From Sphingobacterium thalpophilum (GTDB taxonomy: Bacteria; Bacteroidota; Bacteroidia; Sphingobacteriales; Sphingobacteriaceae), in assembly GCA_945875895.1 (NCBI GenBank), contig CAMCMG010000003.1:61-64060 (forward strand): DNA of 64,000 nt, given 5' to 3'. The position numbers and the translations under genes were made by a program. This document shows positions 43,523 through 55,140 of the stretch, one piece after another (position 1 is the stretch's first letter; each line of letters starts with the position of its first letter). The notes beneath the pieces are model-generated. The model had not been told where the DNA came from. It searched no databases and worked only from the letters and a program-made list of their open reading frames with translations.

Positions 43523-44521
43523 ATGCCCAATACGCTTATTCAGCTTAATCAAGTTTCTAAATCCTATCCAAACAACCCTAACAATGGGGTTGGGCAAATC
43601 AATTTGCGTATTCAGCAAGGAGAGTTTGTAGCTATTTTAGGAGAAAGTGGAAGTGGCAAAACTACCTTACTAAAACTCATCTTCGGCTTGTTAAGTCCAA
43701 CTGAAGGAGAGGTGTTGTTTCAGGGGCAAAAGATTCTTGGCCCCGAGGAAAAACTTATTCCGGGTCACGAGCATATGAAAATGATTGCTCAAAACTTCGA
43801 TCTAAACACCTATGCAAAGGTGTATGATAATATAGCTTCCATGCTTTCTAATACCGACTTAGAAGCTAAAAAACTGAATACTTTGGCCATGATGCAAGCC
43901 TTGCGAATAGACCATTTGGCCGAACGCCGTGCCGTAGAATTGAGTGGGGGAGAGCAGCAACGAGTGGCCATTGCTCGGGCATTAATTACCAAGCCTCAGG
44001 TGTTATTGCTCGACGAACCTTTTAGCCAGGTTGATGTGCTGATGCGCAAACAGTTGCGTGCCGATTTAAAACGCCTTTCTAAAGAGCTAGGCATTACTAT
44101 GATTTTAGTTTCTCACGATCCGCTTGATGGACTTTCTTTGGCTGATATCTTGCTGGTATTGAAACAAGGAGAATTGCTTCAAGTAGGAACACCTACAGAG
44201 TTAATTGATAAGCCGGCAAATGCCTATGTGGCTAAACTGTTGGGCGGTGCAAATGTGCTTCAGGCTCAAGATGCCAATCACATTTTAGGATTACAACTAG
44301 CTAGCAATCAAGTGTTGGTTAGTTATCCGCATGAACTTGCTATTGTTGATGAGGGTATCCAAGCACAGATTTCAGAAGTTCGTTATCAACTGCATGTAAT
44401 GGAATTAGAGATTAAAGTAGCAGATTCGATACTGACTATTTGGGCACCATTAGGAAATTATGCATTAGGGGCATTAATTCATATTGCTTTCCAAACCTAT
44501 CGGATTACTTCGGCTGACTAA
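43523..44521 (+). CDS. ABC transporter ATP-binding protein with a C-terminal TOBE-like extension; no adjacent permease
   Basis: Walker A is GESGSGKTT, the signature is LSGGEQQRVAIARAL, and Walker B is LLLDEPFS with H-loop VSHD. The ATG at 43523 (MPNTLIQLNQVSKSY) is preferred over the listed start at 43496. Confidence 0.85.
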   Translation: MPNTLIQLNQVSKSYPNNPNNGVGQINLRIQQGEFVAILGESGSGKTTLLKLIFGLLSPTEGEVLFQGQKILGPEEKLIPGHEHMKMIAQNFDLNTYAKVYDNIASMLSNTDLEAKKLNTLAMMQALRIDHLAERRAVELSGGEQQRVAIARALITKPQVLLLDEPFSQVDVLMRKQLRADLKRLSKELGITMILVSHDPLDGLSLADILLVLKQGELLQVGTPTELIDKPANAYVAKLLGGANVLQAQDANHILGLQLASNQVLVSYPHELAIVDEGIQAQISEVRYQLHVMELEIKVADSILTIWAPLGNYALGALIHIAFQTYRITSAD

Positions 44522-46047
44522 GGATTTCCTTTAAAGTGAATTAAGCGATAGACATAGGCTTTTCTACACGCTTTCTTGTTTCTGCGAATGGTAATGGTAT
44601 GGCTTAAATAAATCTGCTTAAATAAAGCGCCATAGGTTATTTTAGGGTCCGAATGCTGATCTGATAATACAATAGTGTACGCATTTTCACCAATTTTTAG
44701 TGGTTTTCTATGGGTATTTAACCATTCATACTGATGAATTTTATCTATAGGACCTAGTGCAATTAAGTCTAAATGCATAGGCATTGCAACATAATAATCT
44801 AAGTGTGCGGCAGGAAACCAATTGTTGCTAATAATATGCGCTGCTTTAAATTTCGTTTTTGCATCAGTGTTACTAATTTCAGAAAATTGGGTTCGCAGTT
44901 GTTCCCAACCATACATATCTAGTGTGAAATCTCCTTTACCGAGGGTACGTTCGTTTTTGTCACCCATGGTTCCGGGATAGTTGTTAATTATACCAATGCC
45001 TACAAAAATAATGGTGATTAAAAGTGTGGCTGCTCCTAGTATAACCTTAGGTATTTTTAGCGATATATGGCTATATTTTTGAGAAAAATAAACCGCCGTA
45101 AGCAATATAATGCCGCTATAAGCAGGGCCCGTCCAATGGGGTAATACTTCTTTAAATACTGAAATTAGAGTGGCTAAAATAAGTAGTGGTAAACTACACC
45201 ACAAGAGCAATTTAGTTTGAGATGGTTGAATGTCTAATTTTGATTGTATGGCGTGGTAACTAGCTTTTATAAAAGCCGGAAACAAAATGGGGCTTGTATA
45301 AATAAGTTGGCCTAACATAAATCGGCTAAAGGATAGTAGTGAAAAACCTCCACTGGCTACATCAACACGTTTGCTATGAAAGGTGTAGGTAATAAAGTGG
45401 TGGTCAATATTCCATTGAATAACGGGCCAGAAAAAAAGTAGAGTAATACAGCCAGAAATATAGAGCACAGGTTGTTTAAACCAATTTCGTGAATAAAAAA
45501 GCAGATAACCGAACAATCCGAACCATAAGAAAGCAGTATGAATTTTACACAACATGCCTAAGCCTGCAAAAAACCCGAAAAAGAGTAAATTTCGTTTGTT
45601 GTAAGCGTTAATTTGGTCTGTTTTGTTAAAGCGAAGTAAGCTGTATAAACAAGCCAACCAACAAACCATTTGCGGAGAATCGGGTAAAACAAATGTGCCC
45701 GCAATAATACTACCGTAAATGGTAGAGTTGTAAATAAGTGCGGCTAAAAAACCCGTTTGCTCGTCTTTTAGGTGTTTTCCGCACACATATATCAGCCAAG
45801 TGGCGATGGCACTACACACTATAGCTCCAAATCTGATAAAGAATACTTCGTCGATCTGTAAATTAAATGTACTTAGTCGTATGAGCCAACCCACCATGGG
45901 CGGGTGATCAAAGTAATTCCACTGCATACTTTGTGCATACATGCGGTAATATACCTCATCATTGCCAAGCCCAATGCTGTATGCCAAAAGCATGCGCATT
46001 AAGGATGCTAATGCGATTAAAACAAAAATGCGATTCCTGAAATTCAA
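44518..46047 (-). CDS. ArnT/PMT-like membrane glycosyltransferase (GT83/GT39 type)
   Basis: 509 aa with more than 10 TM segments. The N-terminal GNDEVYY...YFDHPPMV motif is typical of polyprenyl-phosphate-sugar-dependent glycosyltransferases. Confidence 0.78.
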   Translation of the reverse strand: MNFRNRIFVLIALASLMRMLLAYSIGLGNDEVYYRMYAQSMQWNYFDHPPMVGWLIRLSTFNLQIDEVFFIRFGAIVCSAIATWLIYVCGKHLKDEQTGFLAALIYNSTIYGSIIAGTFVLPDSPQMVCWLACLYSLLRFNKTDQINAYNKRNLLFFGFFAGLGMLCKIHTAFLWFGLFGYLLFYSRNWFKQPVLYISGCITLLFFWPVIQWNIDHHFITYTFHSKRVDVASGGFSLLSFSRFMLGQLIYTSPILFPAFIKASYHAIQSKLDIQPSQTKLLLWCSLPLLILATLISVFKEVLPHWTGPAYSGIILLTAVYFSQKYSHISLKIPKVILGAATLLITIIFVGIGIINNYPGTMGDKNERTLGKGDFTLDMYGWEQLRTQFSEISNTDAKTKFKAAHIISNNWFPAAHLDYYVAMPMHLDLIALGPIDKIHQYEWLNTHRKPLKIGENAYTIVLSDQHSDPKITYGALFKQIYLSHTITIRRNKKACRKAYVYRLIHFKGNP

Positions 46048-46050
46048 GAT

Positions 46051-46434
46051 TTACTTAAACGTGTAAAGATAATTTGCCGAAAAATTCCAGAAAAAAACTA
46101 AACCAATAACTGCCAGCTTTACCAAGTAGAAATTTCCTTTGATTTTTTTTAGTAATATAAATAATAGCAAGGAGTTTATACCCAGCCCTACGATTGAAAT
46201 TACCAGAAATTTTACAAATTGTTCGGTAGCAATGGGATTCTGGTTGTCAAATGTCCAGTATTTATTTAGGATAAAGTTATTAACCACTGCTATGCTGAAA
46301 CCACAGGCATTGGCCACAAATTTATTAATTTTTACTTTTTCTTTTAACAACCAGGTAGTTCCAAAATCTAAACCCATTCCGGTAATTCCTACTAGTGCAA
46401 ATTTAATAAGCTGGCTAGAAAAATAATAAGTCAT
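46051..46434 (-). CDS. GtrA-family membrane protein
   Basis: 127 aa with 4 TM segments. IKFALVGITGMGLDFG and NKYWTF are GtrA hallmarks. Confidence 0.8.
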   Translation of the reverse strand: MTYYFSSQLIKFALVGITGMGLDFGTTWLLKEKVKINKFVANACGFSIAVVNNFILNKYWTFDNQNPIATEQFVKFLVISIVGLGINSLLLFILLKKIKGNFYLVKLAVIGLVFFWNFSANYLYTFK

Positions 46435-47138
46435 AAGCTTGCTTGGCTAGATTTTTTTTGGGAGGGCTTGGTGTTTTCTCTCCATTTTGTAATTCCCTTT
46501 AGCGTTCTATCTGCAAGTTCTATGGCAGCAATTCCAGATAAACAGCCAATTATGGCTCCAACTAAAACATCTAACAGAAAATGTTGGCCTAAATATATAC
46601 GTGAATATCCAACTATAGTTGCTACAGCAAGAATTTGAATCTGCCACTTACGATTTTTCATAAAAATTATAATTACGGCAGTAATTGCAAATACGGTTGC
46701 TGTGTGACCAGAAGGAAAACTATGCTGTGTTGCTATTTTAATCCCGTCGATAAATTGGGTATACTCTCCATTAGCGAAATATAATTTTGGTCGAGGTGTA
46801 TCTACTAATCGTTTTAAAACCTGAGCAATTATTCCAGAAACTAGAAAGGCATAAAGCAAGCTCAATGCATATATTTTTTCTTTGTAAATAAATAATGCAA
46901 AGGCACTAATTATTAGCGCAATTTTCCCATCACCTAAATTGGTAATGAGAATAAAAAAGTAATCTAATGTGGGGTTATGAATACTATTTAATAAGAAGAA
47001 TGAAGTGGATTTTCCGAATATACATAAGAATACAAAACCCAAGAATATGAGTAAACTAGCTCCGTAGAAAAACAAACTGGAGTGTTTTATTTTATAAATA
47101 AAATCCATATAGCGTGAAACGCAATTTGCATACTGCAT
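46431..47138 (-). CDS. PAP2-family phosphatase (lipid phosphate phosphatase type)
   Basis: The acid-phosphatase motifs KRLVDTPRP, PSGH and SRIYLGQHFLLD are present. The start is either 47138 or the ATG at 47108. Confidence 0.82.
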   Translation of the reverse strand: MQYANCVSRYMDFIYKIKHSSLFFYGASLLIFLGFVFLCIFGKSTSFFLLNSIHNPTLDYFFILITNLGDGKIALIISAFALFIYKEKIYALSLLYAFLVSGIIAQVLKRLVDTPRPKLYFANGEYTQFIDGIKIATQHSFPSGHTATVFAITAVIIIFMKNRKWQIQILAVATIVGYSRIYLGQHFLLDVLVGAIIGCLSGIAAIELADRTLKGITKWRENTKPSQKKSSQASL

Positions 47139-47218
47139 ATAAACTAACTATTAAGATTAATTTAAGAAAATATATCCAAGTTTGGATAAAGTTTTTTAAA
47201 TTTTAAGTAGATTGTTTA

Positions 47219-47460
47219 CTAGACTAAGCCTTCAGCTAACACCACTACTTTATTTTCTTTTACTTCTACCACACCACCTTTAATCGCGAAGGTTTGTGTT
47301 TCTTGGCCAGTACGCACCGTTACTTTGCCATCTTCTAAAGTAGATATTATGGGAGCATGGTCTTTTAATACTTCAAACGAGCCTAAAGTTCCCGGTACAG
47401 TTACCGAAGTGGCTTCACCTTGAAATATCAATTGATCGGGTGTATAGATTTCTACGATCA

Positions 47461-47461
<1 letters not shown>
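47219..47461 (-). CDS. atpC: F-type ATP synthase epsilon subunit, short form
   Basis: An 80-aa beta-sandwich domain only (VTVPGTLGSFEVLKDHAPIIS). It overlaps the atpD stop by 1 nt. Confidence 0.85.
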
Positions 47462-48999
<1,538 letters not shown>

Positions 49000-49128
49000 T
49001 TAATAAGCATTTCTAATTTTGAATGCTTTTTCGGTCTGCAAAAATACATTTTATAGCCGAAAAGAAAAACAGCTAAACAAAGATTTTTTATAATCAATCA
49101 ACTGTTAAAATTCTACTACTTTTGAGGT

Positions 49129-50031
49129 ATGAAAAGAGTGCTAGTAACCGGTAGCAATGGCTTGTTGGGGCAAAAGCTTATTGATTTGGCTTTAGCTCAA
49201 TCGGATATTAGTTTAGTGGCTACTTCCAGCGGCTCAAATAGGCATCCGATAAAAGCTGGATATACCTTTCAGGAACTGGATGTCTGTGCTACTGCCGCCT
49301 TGCGTGCTGCCATTTTACAGCATCAACCACAAGCTGTTATTCATACAGCAGCCATGACTAATGTAGATGCCTGCGAATCTAACCAAGAAGCCTGCGAAAA
49401 ATTAAATGTTACAGCCGTTATATCTCTAGCAACCTTATGTCAAGAATTTAATATTCAACTCGTACACCTATCAACCGATTTTATTTTTGATGGCGCCGAT
49501 GGTCCTTATACCGAAGACGCTAGCCTTAACCCTTTGAATTTTTACGGCCAAAGCAAATGGAAAGCAGAGCAGGCAATTGTTTCCTCAGGCTGTACATACG
49601 CCATTTTGCGCACCATTATCGTGTACGGAGTAGCCGCAGAAATGAGCCGATCTAATATTGTGCTTTGGGCAAAAAATGCGCTCGAAAAAGGAGAAACCAT
49701 TTCGGTAGTAAACGATCAGTGGCGCATGCCAACCCTGGCAGAAGATTTAGCGGCAGCCTGTTTGGCCGCCGTACAAAAAGAAGCGCAAGGCGTATTTCAT
49801 GTATCGGGTAAAGACTTTATGAACATGGTAGAATTGGTACAACAAGTGGCCGATTTTTGGAATTTGGATAAAACACTTATTCGGCCTATTACCTCCTCAT
49901 CGCTCAATCAGGCGGCAAAACGTCCGCCCAAAACAGGCTTTGTATTAGCTAAAGCCATTGCCCAACTCAATTATCAACCACACTCTTTTGTAGAAGGTTT
50001 AGCGCTAGTAGATGCGCAACTAAAGGCTTAA
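49129..50031 (+). CDS. RmlD-like NAD(P)-dependent sugar-nucleotide reductase (dTDP-4-dehydrorhamnose reductase family)
   Basis: A Rossmann motif VLVTGSNGLLGQ and the YGQSK catalytic YxxxK are present, and the length is 300 aa. A TACTTTTG box at 49117-49124 ends 4 nt before the ATG. Confidence 0.7.
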   Translation: MKRVLVTGSNGLLGQKLIDLALAQSDISLVATSSGSNRHPIKAGYTFQELDVCATAALRAAILQHQPQAVIHTAAMTNVDACESNQEACEKLNVTAVISLATLCQEFNIQLVHLSTDFIFDGADGPYTEDASLNPLNFYGQSKWKAEQAIVSSGCTYAILRTIIVYGVAAEMSRSNIVLWAKNALEKGETISVVNDQWRMPTLAEDLAAACLAAVQKEAQGVFHVSGKDFMNMVELVQQVADFWNLDKTLIRPITSSSLNQAAKRPPKTGFVLAKAIAQLNYQPHSFVEGLALVDAQLKA

Positions 50032-50065
50032 ACACCTATATTTGATCCTCAAATTAAAAAACATT

Positions 50066-50530
50066 ATGGCAGTAGCAATTAGCCAAAAGGCCCCAGATTT
50101 CACCCTTTTTTCAAGCGATTTAAAAGAAGTTAGCTTGAGCGATTATGCAGGTAAAAAAGTAGTGATCCATTTCTTTCCTATGGCGTTTACCGGCGTATGT
50201 ACCACGCAGTTGTGTACCATGAGAGATAGTTTTGGCTATTACGAAGGCTTAGGTGCCGAAGTGCTAGGCATCTCTGTAGATTCGCCATTTACCTTGGCTA
50301 AGTTTAAAGAAGATAATAAGTACCAATTTCCCTTGCTTTCCGATTTTAATAAAGAAGTTTCTCAAGCATACGGTGCGTATTACGATAAATTTGTATTCAA
50401 TTTGAAAGGTGTTTCTAAACGAGCTGCATTTGTGGTAAACGGAAATCAAGAAATTATATACGCTGAAGTCTTAGAATCGGCTGGCGATTTGCCCGATTTT
50501 AATGCGATACGAACAATCGTTCAGCAATAA
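50066..50530 (+). CDS. Peroxiredoxin (AhpC/TSA family)
   Basis: The ATG at 50066 gives MAVAISQKAPDFTLF. The peroxidatic Cys context is FPMAFTGVCTTQLC. Confidence 0.8.
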   Translation: MAVAISQKAPDFTLFSSDLKEVSLSDYAGKKVVIHFFPMAFTGVCTTQLCTMRDSFGYYEGLGAEVLGISVDSPFTLAKFKEDNKYQFPLLSDFNKEVSQAYGAYYDKFVFNLKGVSKRAAFVVNGNQEIIYAEVLESAGDLPDFNAIRTIVQQ

Positions 50531-50542
50531 TTAGCGAAACAC

Positions 50543-50573
50543 TTTGGTATTTTGATCGGATATGCTATTTTTG
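50543..50573 (+). promoter_or_regulatory. Bacteroidota-type promoter for tRNA-Arg (-33 TTTG, -7 TATTTTTG)
   Basis: TTTG at 50543-50546 and TATTTTTG at 50566-50573 are separated by 19 nt. The tRNA begins at 50590. Confidence 0.5.
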
Positions 50574-50589
50574 CAATCCGATTCGGAAT

Positions 50590-50663
50590 GGACCTGTAGC
50601 TTAATTGGATAGAGCACCTGACTACGGATCAGGAGGTTAGGGGTTCGACTCCCTTCAGGTCCA
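50590..50663 (+). tRNA. tRNA-Arg (anticodon ACG)
   Basis: Hand-folded: acceptor GGACCTG/CAGGTCC, D-stem GCTT/GAGC, anticodon stem CCTGA/TCAGG, loop CTACGGA (anticodon ACG), and T-arm AGGGG-TTCGACT-CCCTT. The discriminator is A. Confidence 0.9.
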
Positions 50664-50671
50664 CTACCAAA

Positions 50672-50710
50672 AGCCTTTTCGCCCAACAACCGGAAAGGCT
50701 TTTAATTTTT
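50672..50710 (+). terminator. Rho-independent terminator after tRNA-Arg
   Basis: AGCCTTTTC/GGAAAGGCT stem (one G:U pair) followed by TTTAATTTTTT. Confidence 0.65.
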
Positions 50711-50724
50711 TGCACTGTATGCCC

Positions 50725-51297
50725 ATGCTTAATCTCGTACTATTTGGCCCTCCTGGCGCTGGTAAAGGAACTCAATCTCAAAATTTAATTGATAACTATC
50801 AATTGATTCACCTTTCTACAGGCGATTTATTGCGTAGTGAAATTACGCAGGGTACCGCTTTGGGTATGGAAGCCAAAAAGCTAATGGATCAAGGTATTTT
50901 AGTTCCAGATGAGGTGGTTATTGGTATGATTAGTAATAGGTTAGATAGTAATAAAGATGCCAAAGGATTTATTTTCGATGGTTTTCCTCGTACAGTTGCC
51001 CAAGCAGAAGCCTTAGATGCTTTGTTAGCTAGCAAACAATCAGCTATTACCGGAATGATTGCCTTAGAAGTATCCGACGATGAATTAGAGCGTCGTTTGT
51101 TATTAAGAGGAAAAGAATCGGGTCGTCCGGATGATGCCAATCCCGAAGTAATTCGCAAACGCATTGTGGAGTACAATACGAAAACTGCTCCGGTAGCTAA
51201 TTTTTATAAAACACAAACCAAATTTTATAGCATTGCCGGTGTAGGTCAAATCGATGAAATTTTCGCTTCGCTTCGCCAGGTAATAGATACACTATAA
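50725..51297 (+). CDS. adk: Adenylate kinase (short-lid type)
   Basis: The ATG at 50725 gives MLNLVLFGPPGAGKGTQ, followed by LSTGDLLR and DGFPRT. Confidence 0.92.
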   Translation: MLNLVLFGPPGAGKGTQSQNLIDNYQLIHLSTGDLLRSEITQGTALGMEAKKLMDQGILVPDEVVIGMISNRLDSNKDAKGFIFDGFPRTVAQAEALDALLASKQSAITGMIALEVSDDELERRLLLRGKESGRPDDANPEVIRKRIVEYNTKTAPVANFYKTQTKFYSIAGVGQIDEIFASLRQVIDTL

Positions 51298-51315
51298 ACT
51301 CATAAAAAATAATAG

Positions 51316-51353
51316 AAGCGGATGGTAGCATAGCCTGCTTATCCGCTTTTTTT
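51316..51353 (+). terminator. Rho-independent terminator after adk
   Basis: AAGCGGAT-N17-ATCCGCTT followed by a T-run. Confidence 0.6.
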
Positions 51354-51370
51354 GTAAAAAAAATAAAAAA

Positions 51371-52366
51371 ATGTCGCAGGGTTCTAATTTCGTTGATTAT
51401 GTAAAAATCTGTTGCCGTTCTGGTAAAGGAGGGGCAGGATCTGCGCATTTACACCGCGACATCAATACCTCTAAAGGTGGTCCTGATGGCGGCGATGGAG
51501 CCCGTGGTGGTCACATTGTGCTAAAAGGCAATGCCCAGCTTTGGACCTTGCTTCACTTAAAATATCGAAAACACGTAATTGCCGGCGATGGCGGAAACGG
51601 AGAGCCAGCTTTGCGCACCGGCAAAACCGGTAGAGACGATGTTTTGGAAGTACCCTTGGGAACCGTAGCCAAAAATGCCGAAACTGGAGAAGTATTATTT
51701 GAAATAACCGAAGATGGCGAAACTCAAATTTTAACCCACGGTGGCCGTGGAGGTTTAGGTAACTGGCATTTTAAGTCGGCCACGCAACAAACCCCACGCT
51801 TTGCACAACCCGGCGAACCGGGCAAAGAAGAGTGGATGATTTTGGAGTTAAAAGTATTGGCCGATGTGGGTTTGGTAGGTTTCCCTAATGCTGGAAAATC
51901 AACACTACTTTCGGTGGTTTCGGCTGCTAAGCCCGAAATTGCAGATTATGCCTTTACCACCTTGGTGCCAAACTTGGGTATCGTATCCTATCGCGAAAGT
52001 AAATCGTTTATTATGGCCGATATTCCCGGAATTATTGAGGGAGCATCGAAAGGTAAGGGCCTTGGATTTAGATTTTTGCGCCACATTGAGCGGAATGCCG
52101 TATTGTTATTTATGGTGCCGGCCGATACTAGCAGAAGCATTGCAGAGGAATACCAAATTTTACTCAACGAGTTAGAGGCCTATAATCCAGAGTTGATGCA
52201 TAAGCCAAGGGTGCTAGCCATTACCAAGAGCGATTTGTTAGATGAGGAATTGACCCAAGAAATGGCCAAAGATTTACCTAAAATGCCATATCTCTTCATT
52301 TCATCGGTAGCTCAAAAAGGCATTACCGAATTGAAAGATTTGTTGTGGAAAGCCATCAATTCCTAG
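51371..52366 (+). CDS. obg: GTPase Obg
   Basis: The Gly-rich Obg fold is present ([25 protein letters not shown]), with G1 [10 protein letters not shown]3 DIPGIIEGA and G4 TKSD. Confidence 0.92.
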   Translation: MSQGSNFVDYVKICCRSGKGGAGSAHLHRDINTSKGGPDGGDGARGGHIVLKGNAQLWTLLHLKYRKHVIAGDGGNGEPALRTGKTGRDDVLEVPLGTVAKNAETGEVLFEITEDGETQILTHGGRGGLGNWHFKSATQQTPRFAQPGEPGKEEWMILELKVLADVGLVGFPNAGKSTLLSVVSAAKPEIADYAFTTLVPNLGIVSYRESKSFIMADIPGIIEGASKGKGLGFRFLRHIERNAVLLFMVPADTSRSIAEEYQILLNELEAYNPELMHKPRVLAITKSDLLDEELTQEMAKDLPKMPYLFISSVAQKGITELKDLLWKAINS

Positions 52367-52390
52367 CAAAATCACCTACATTTACTTTGT

Positions 52391-53389
52391 ATGAGAATAG
52401 CCATTAACGGTTTCGGAAGAATTGGACGTACTTTTTTGCGTGTAGCCCTGCAGCAGCCAAGTTTGCAGGTAGTGGCTATAAATGATTTGGCCGATCCGGA
52501 AACATTAGCGCATTTATTTAAATACGATTCGGTACACGGCGTTTTTGCCGGTGATGTAAAAGTGCAGGGTAATCACTTGCTTATAAATGGGCAAAAGGTG
52601 CAAATTTTCTCCGAAAAAAATCCCGAAAATTTAGCTTGGAAAGATTTAGCTATTGATTTGGTCATTGAATCTACCGGACAGTTTACCACACAAAAATTAG
52701 CCAATGCACACCTTTTAGCTGGCGCAAAACAAGTGCTTATTTCAGCGCCTTCGGCAGATAAAACCATACCCACTGTGGTGTTGGGCGTAAATGAAAAACA
52801 AACAGATTTTAGTGCCCCCATACTATCCAATGCTTCGTGTACCACCAATAATGTGGCATCCTTAATAAAGGTACTCGATGAGCATTGGGGCATTATAGAT
52901 GGCTATATTACCACAGTCCACTCCATGACTAGCGATCAGAATTTACACGATGCGCCTCATAAAGATTTGCGAAGAGCCAGAGCAGCCTCTGCCTCTATTA
53001 TCCCAACCACCACCGGAGCTGCCAAAGCCATTACTAACATTTTCCCACATTTAGAGGGTAAATTGGGTGGTGCAGGTATTCGAGTGCCGGTATTAAATGG
53101 TTCTTTAACCGATTTTACCTGCACCTTAAAGAAGCCGGTTACGGTTGCCGAAATAAATGAAGCTTTCAAAAAGGCATCAAAAAATGAATTAAAAGGCATT
53201 TTAGCCTATACTGAAGATCCTATTGTATCGGTAGATATTTTAGATAATCCACATTCTTGTATTTTCGATGCCCAACTTACATCCGTAGTAGGGGGCTTGG
53301 TGAAAGTGGTAGGTTGGTACGACAATGAGGTTGGTTATTCGAATAGATTGGTAGAATTGGCCCTAAAATTAGCTCAATTAAGGAGCTAA
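52391..53389 (+). CDS. gap: Glyceraldehyde-3-phosphate dehydrogenase (type I)
   Basis: INGFGRIGR, the active site SNASCTTN, and WYDNEVGYS are present. Confidence 0.93.
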   Translation: MRIAINGFGRIGRTFLRVALQQPSLQVVAINDLADPETLAHLFKYDSVHGVFAGDVKVQGNHLLINGQKVQIFSEKNPENLAWKDLAIDLVIESTGQFTTQKLANAHLLAGAKQVLISAPSADKTIPTVVLGVNEKQTDFSAPILSNASCTTNNVASLIKVLDEHWGIIDGYITTVHSMTSDQNLHDAPHKDLRRARAASASIIPTTTGAAKAITNIFPHLEGKLGGAGIRVPVLNGSLTDFTCTLKKPVTVAEINEAFKKASKNELKGILAYTEDPIVSVDILDNPHSCIFDAQLTSVVGGLVKVVGWYDNEVGYSNRLVELALKLAQLRS

Positions 53390-53393
53390 CTCT

Positions 53394-53846
53394 ATGATTC
53401 GTTTTATTCAACCGGAAGATGTATTGCCTCTGCGGGCCGCAGTATTACGAAACGGCCAAAGACTCCCACAAGATTGTGTATTTGCTGGCGATACCGATTC
53501 CGAATCATTTCATGTAGGAGCAGAGCAAGATGAGCAGGTAGTTTGCGTAGCCAGTTTTTTACCACAAGCCCGTGAAGGCTACCAAGGCCAAGGCTATCAA
53601 TTAAGAGGCATGGCTACTTATCCTGAGCATCAAAGTAAAGGGTTAGGATCGCAATTGGTTGGCTTTGCTCTAGCGCATTTACAACAAAATGCCGTAGATT
53701 ATGTTTGGTGCAATGCCCGCGAAGCTGCCTTTCCGTTTTATCAAAACCTGGGTTTCAACTTTATTTCCGAAACCTTCGATATTCCGGGTATTGGCCCACA
53801 TAAAGCCATGTATTTGCCCTTAAAATCAATAAAATCACTAATTTAG
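53394..53846 (+). CDS. GNAT-family N-acetyltransferase
   Basis: The acetyl-CoA motif LRGMATYPEHQSKGLGSQLV and a C-terminal YQNLGF are present. Length is 150 aa. Confidence 0.75.
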   Translation: MIRFIQPEDVLPLRAAVLRNGQRLPQDCVFAGDTDSESFHVGAEQDEQVVCVASFLPQAREGYQGQGYQLRGMATYPEHQSKGLGSQLVGFALAHLQQNAVDYVWCNAREAAFPFYQNLGFNFISETFDIPGIGPHKAMYLPLKSIKSLI

Positions 53847-53864
53847 TGCCTTAATAAAATATAC

Positions 53865-55055
53865 ATGAAAACAGTAGATTCGTTTAATTTTTCAGGAAGG
53901 AAAGTCCTCATTCGAGTAGATTTTAATGTACCTCTTGATGAAAATTTTAATATAACTGATGATAATCGCATTCAAGGTGCCTTGCCTACCATTACTAAAA
54001 TTTTAAACGACGGCGGTTCTTTAATTTTAATGTCACATTTAGGCAGACCAAAAGAAGGCCCTACTGCTACTTATTCTTTAAAGCACATTGTGGCTTATTT
54101 ATCAAAAGTGTTAAACCGCCCGGTGTTGTTTGCCAACGATTGCATAGGCGCTTCTGCAGTAGAACAAGCCGCAAAACTCCAGCCACGGCAAGTATTGTTG
54201 CTCGAAAACCTTCGTTTTTACAAAGAAGAAGAAAAAGGAGATGTGGCCTTTGCTGAAAAATTAGCCGCTTTGGGAGATGTATACGTGAACGATGCCTTTG
54301 GTACGGCTCACCGAGCACATGCTTCTACCTCCATTATTGCGCAATTTTTTCCGCATGCAAAATATTTTGGCTACCTCATGGCCGCCGAATTAGAAAATGC
54401 CGAAAAGGTGCTAAACAATCCAGAACGTCCGTTTACGGCCATAATGGGTGGTGCAAAAGTATCTGATAAAATTTTATTGATAGAGCAGTTACTGAATAAA
54501 GTAGATCACCTTATTATTGGAGGAGGTATGGCCTATACTTTTGTGAAAGCACAAGGTGGCCACATTGGTACCTCTATTTGTGAAGACGATAAATTGGATT
54601 TAGCCAATTTGCTCTTGAAAAAAGCAGTAGAAAAAGGAGTGAAAATCCATTTGCCCGTAGATACTTTAGTTGCTGATACCTTTTCAAACGAAGCTGCAAC
54701 TCAAGTATGTGAAACTGCCGCAATTCCTACAGATTGGATGGGCTTAGATATTGGTCCGAAAACAGCCGAGCATTTTGCGGCAGTAATTAAGCACTCAAAA
54801 ACCTTGCTTTGGAATGGCCCTATGGGTGTTTTTGAATTCGAAACTTTTGAAAAAGGAACTAAGGCTGTAGCACTAGCGGTGGTAGAGGCTACCAAAGCAG
54901 GCGCTTTTTCTTTAATTGGTGGTGGCGATTCTGCAGCTGCTGTTTCTAAATTTAAGTTAACCGAAGAGGTAAGCTATGTTTCTACCGGTGGGGGCGCTCT
55001 TTTAGAATATATGGAAGGCAAAGAATTGCCGGGTGTAAAGGCAATTAATAGCTAG
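53865..55055 (+). CDS. pgk: Phosphoglycerate kinase
   Basis: [28 protein letters not shown], and GGGDSAAAV with STGGGA are present. Confidence 0.95.
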   Translation: MKTVDSFNFSGRKVLIRVDFNVPLDENFNITDDNRIQGALPTITKILNDGGSLILMSHLGRPKEGPTATYSLKHIVAYLSKVLNRPVLFANDCIGASAVEQAAKLQPRQVLLLENLRFYKEEEKGDVAFAEKLAALGDVYVNDAFGTAHRAHASTSIIAQFFPHAKYFGYLMAAELENAEKVLNNPERPFTAIMGGAKVSDKILLIEQLLNKVDHLIIGGGMAYTFVKAQGGHIGTSICEDDKLDLANLLLKKAVEKGVKIHLPVDTLVADTFSNEAATQVCETAAIPTDWMGLDIGPKTAEHFAAVIKHSKTLLWNGPMGVFEFETFEKGTKAVALAVVEATKAGAFSLIGGGDSAAAVSKFKLTEEVSYVSTGGGALLEYMEGKELPGVKAINS

Positions 55056-55083
55056 CCCTAGAAAATAATTCCACTTCATTAAA

Positions 55084-55117
55084 ACCCGCTCAGGAATTGC
55101 CAGAGCGGGTTTTTTTG
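55084..55117 (+). terminator. Rho-independent terminator after pgk
   Basis: ACCCGCTC-N11-GAGCGGGT followed by seven T. Confidence 0.8.
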
Positions 55118-55140
55118 TACCCGATTGGGAAAAATAAAAT

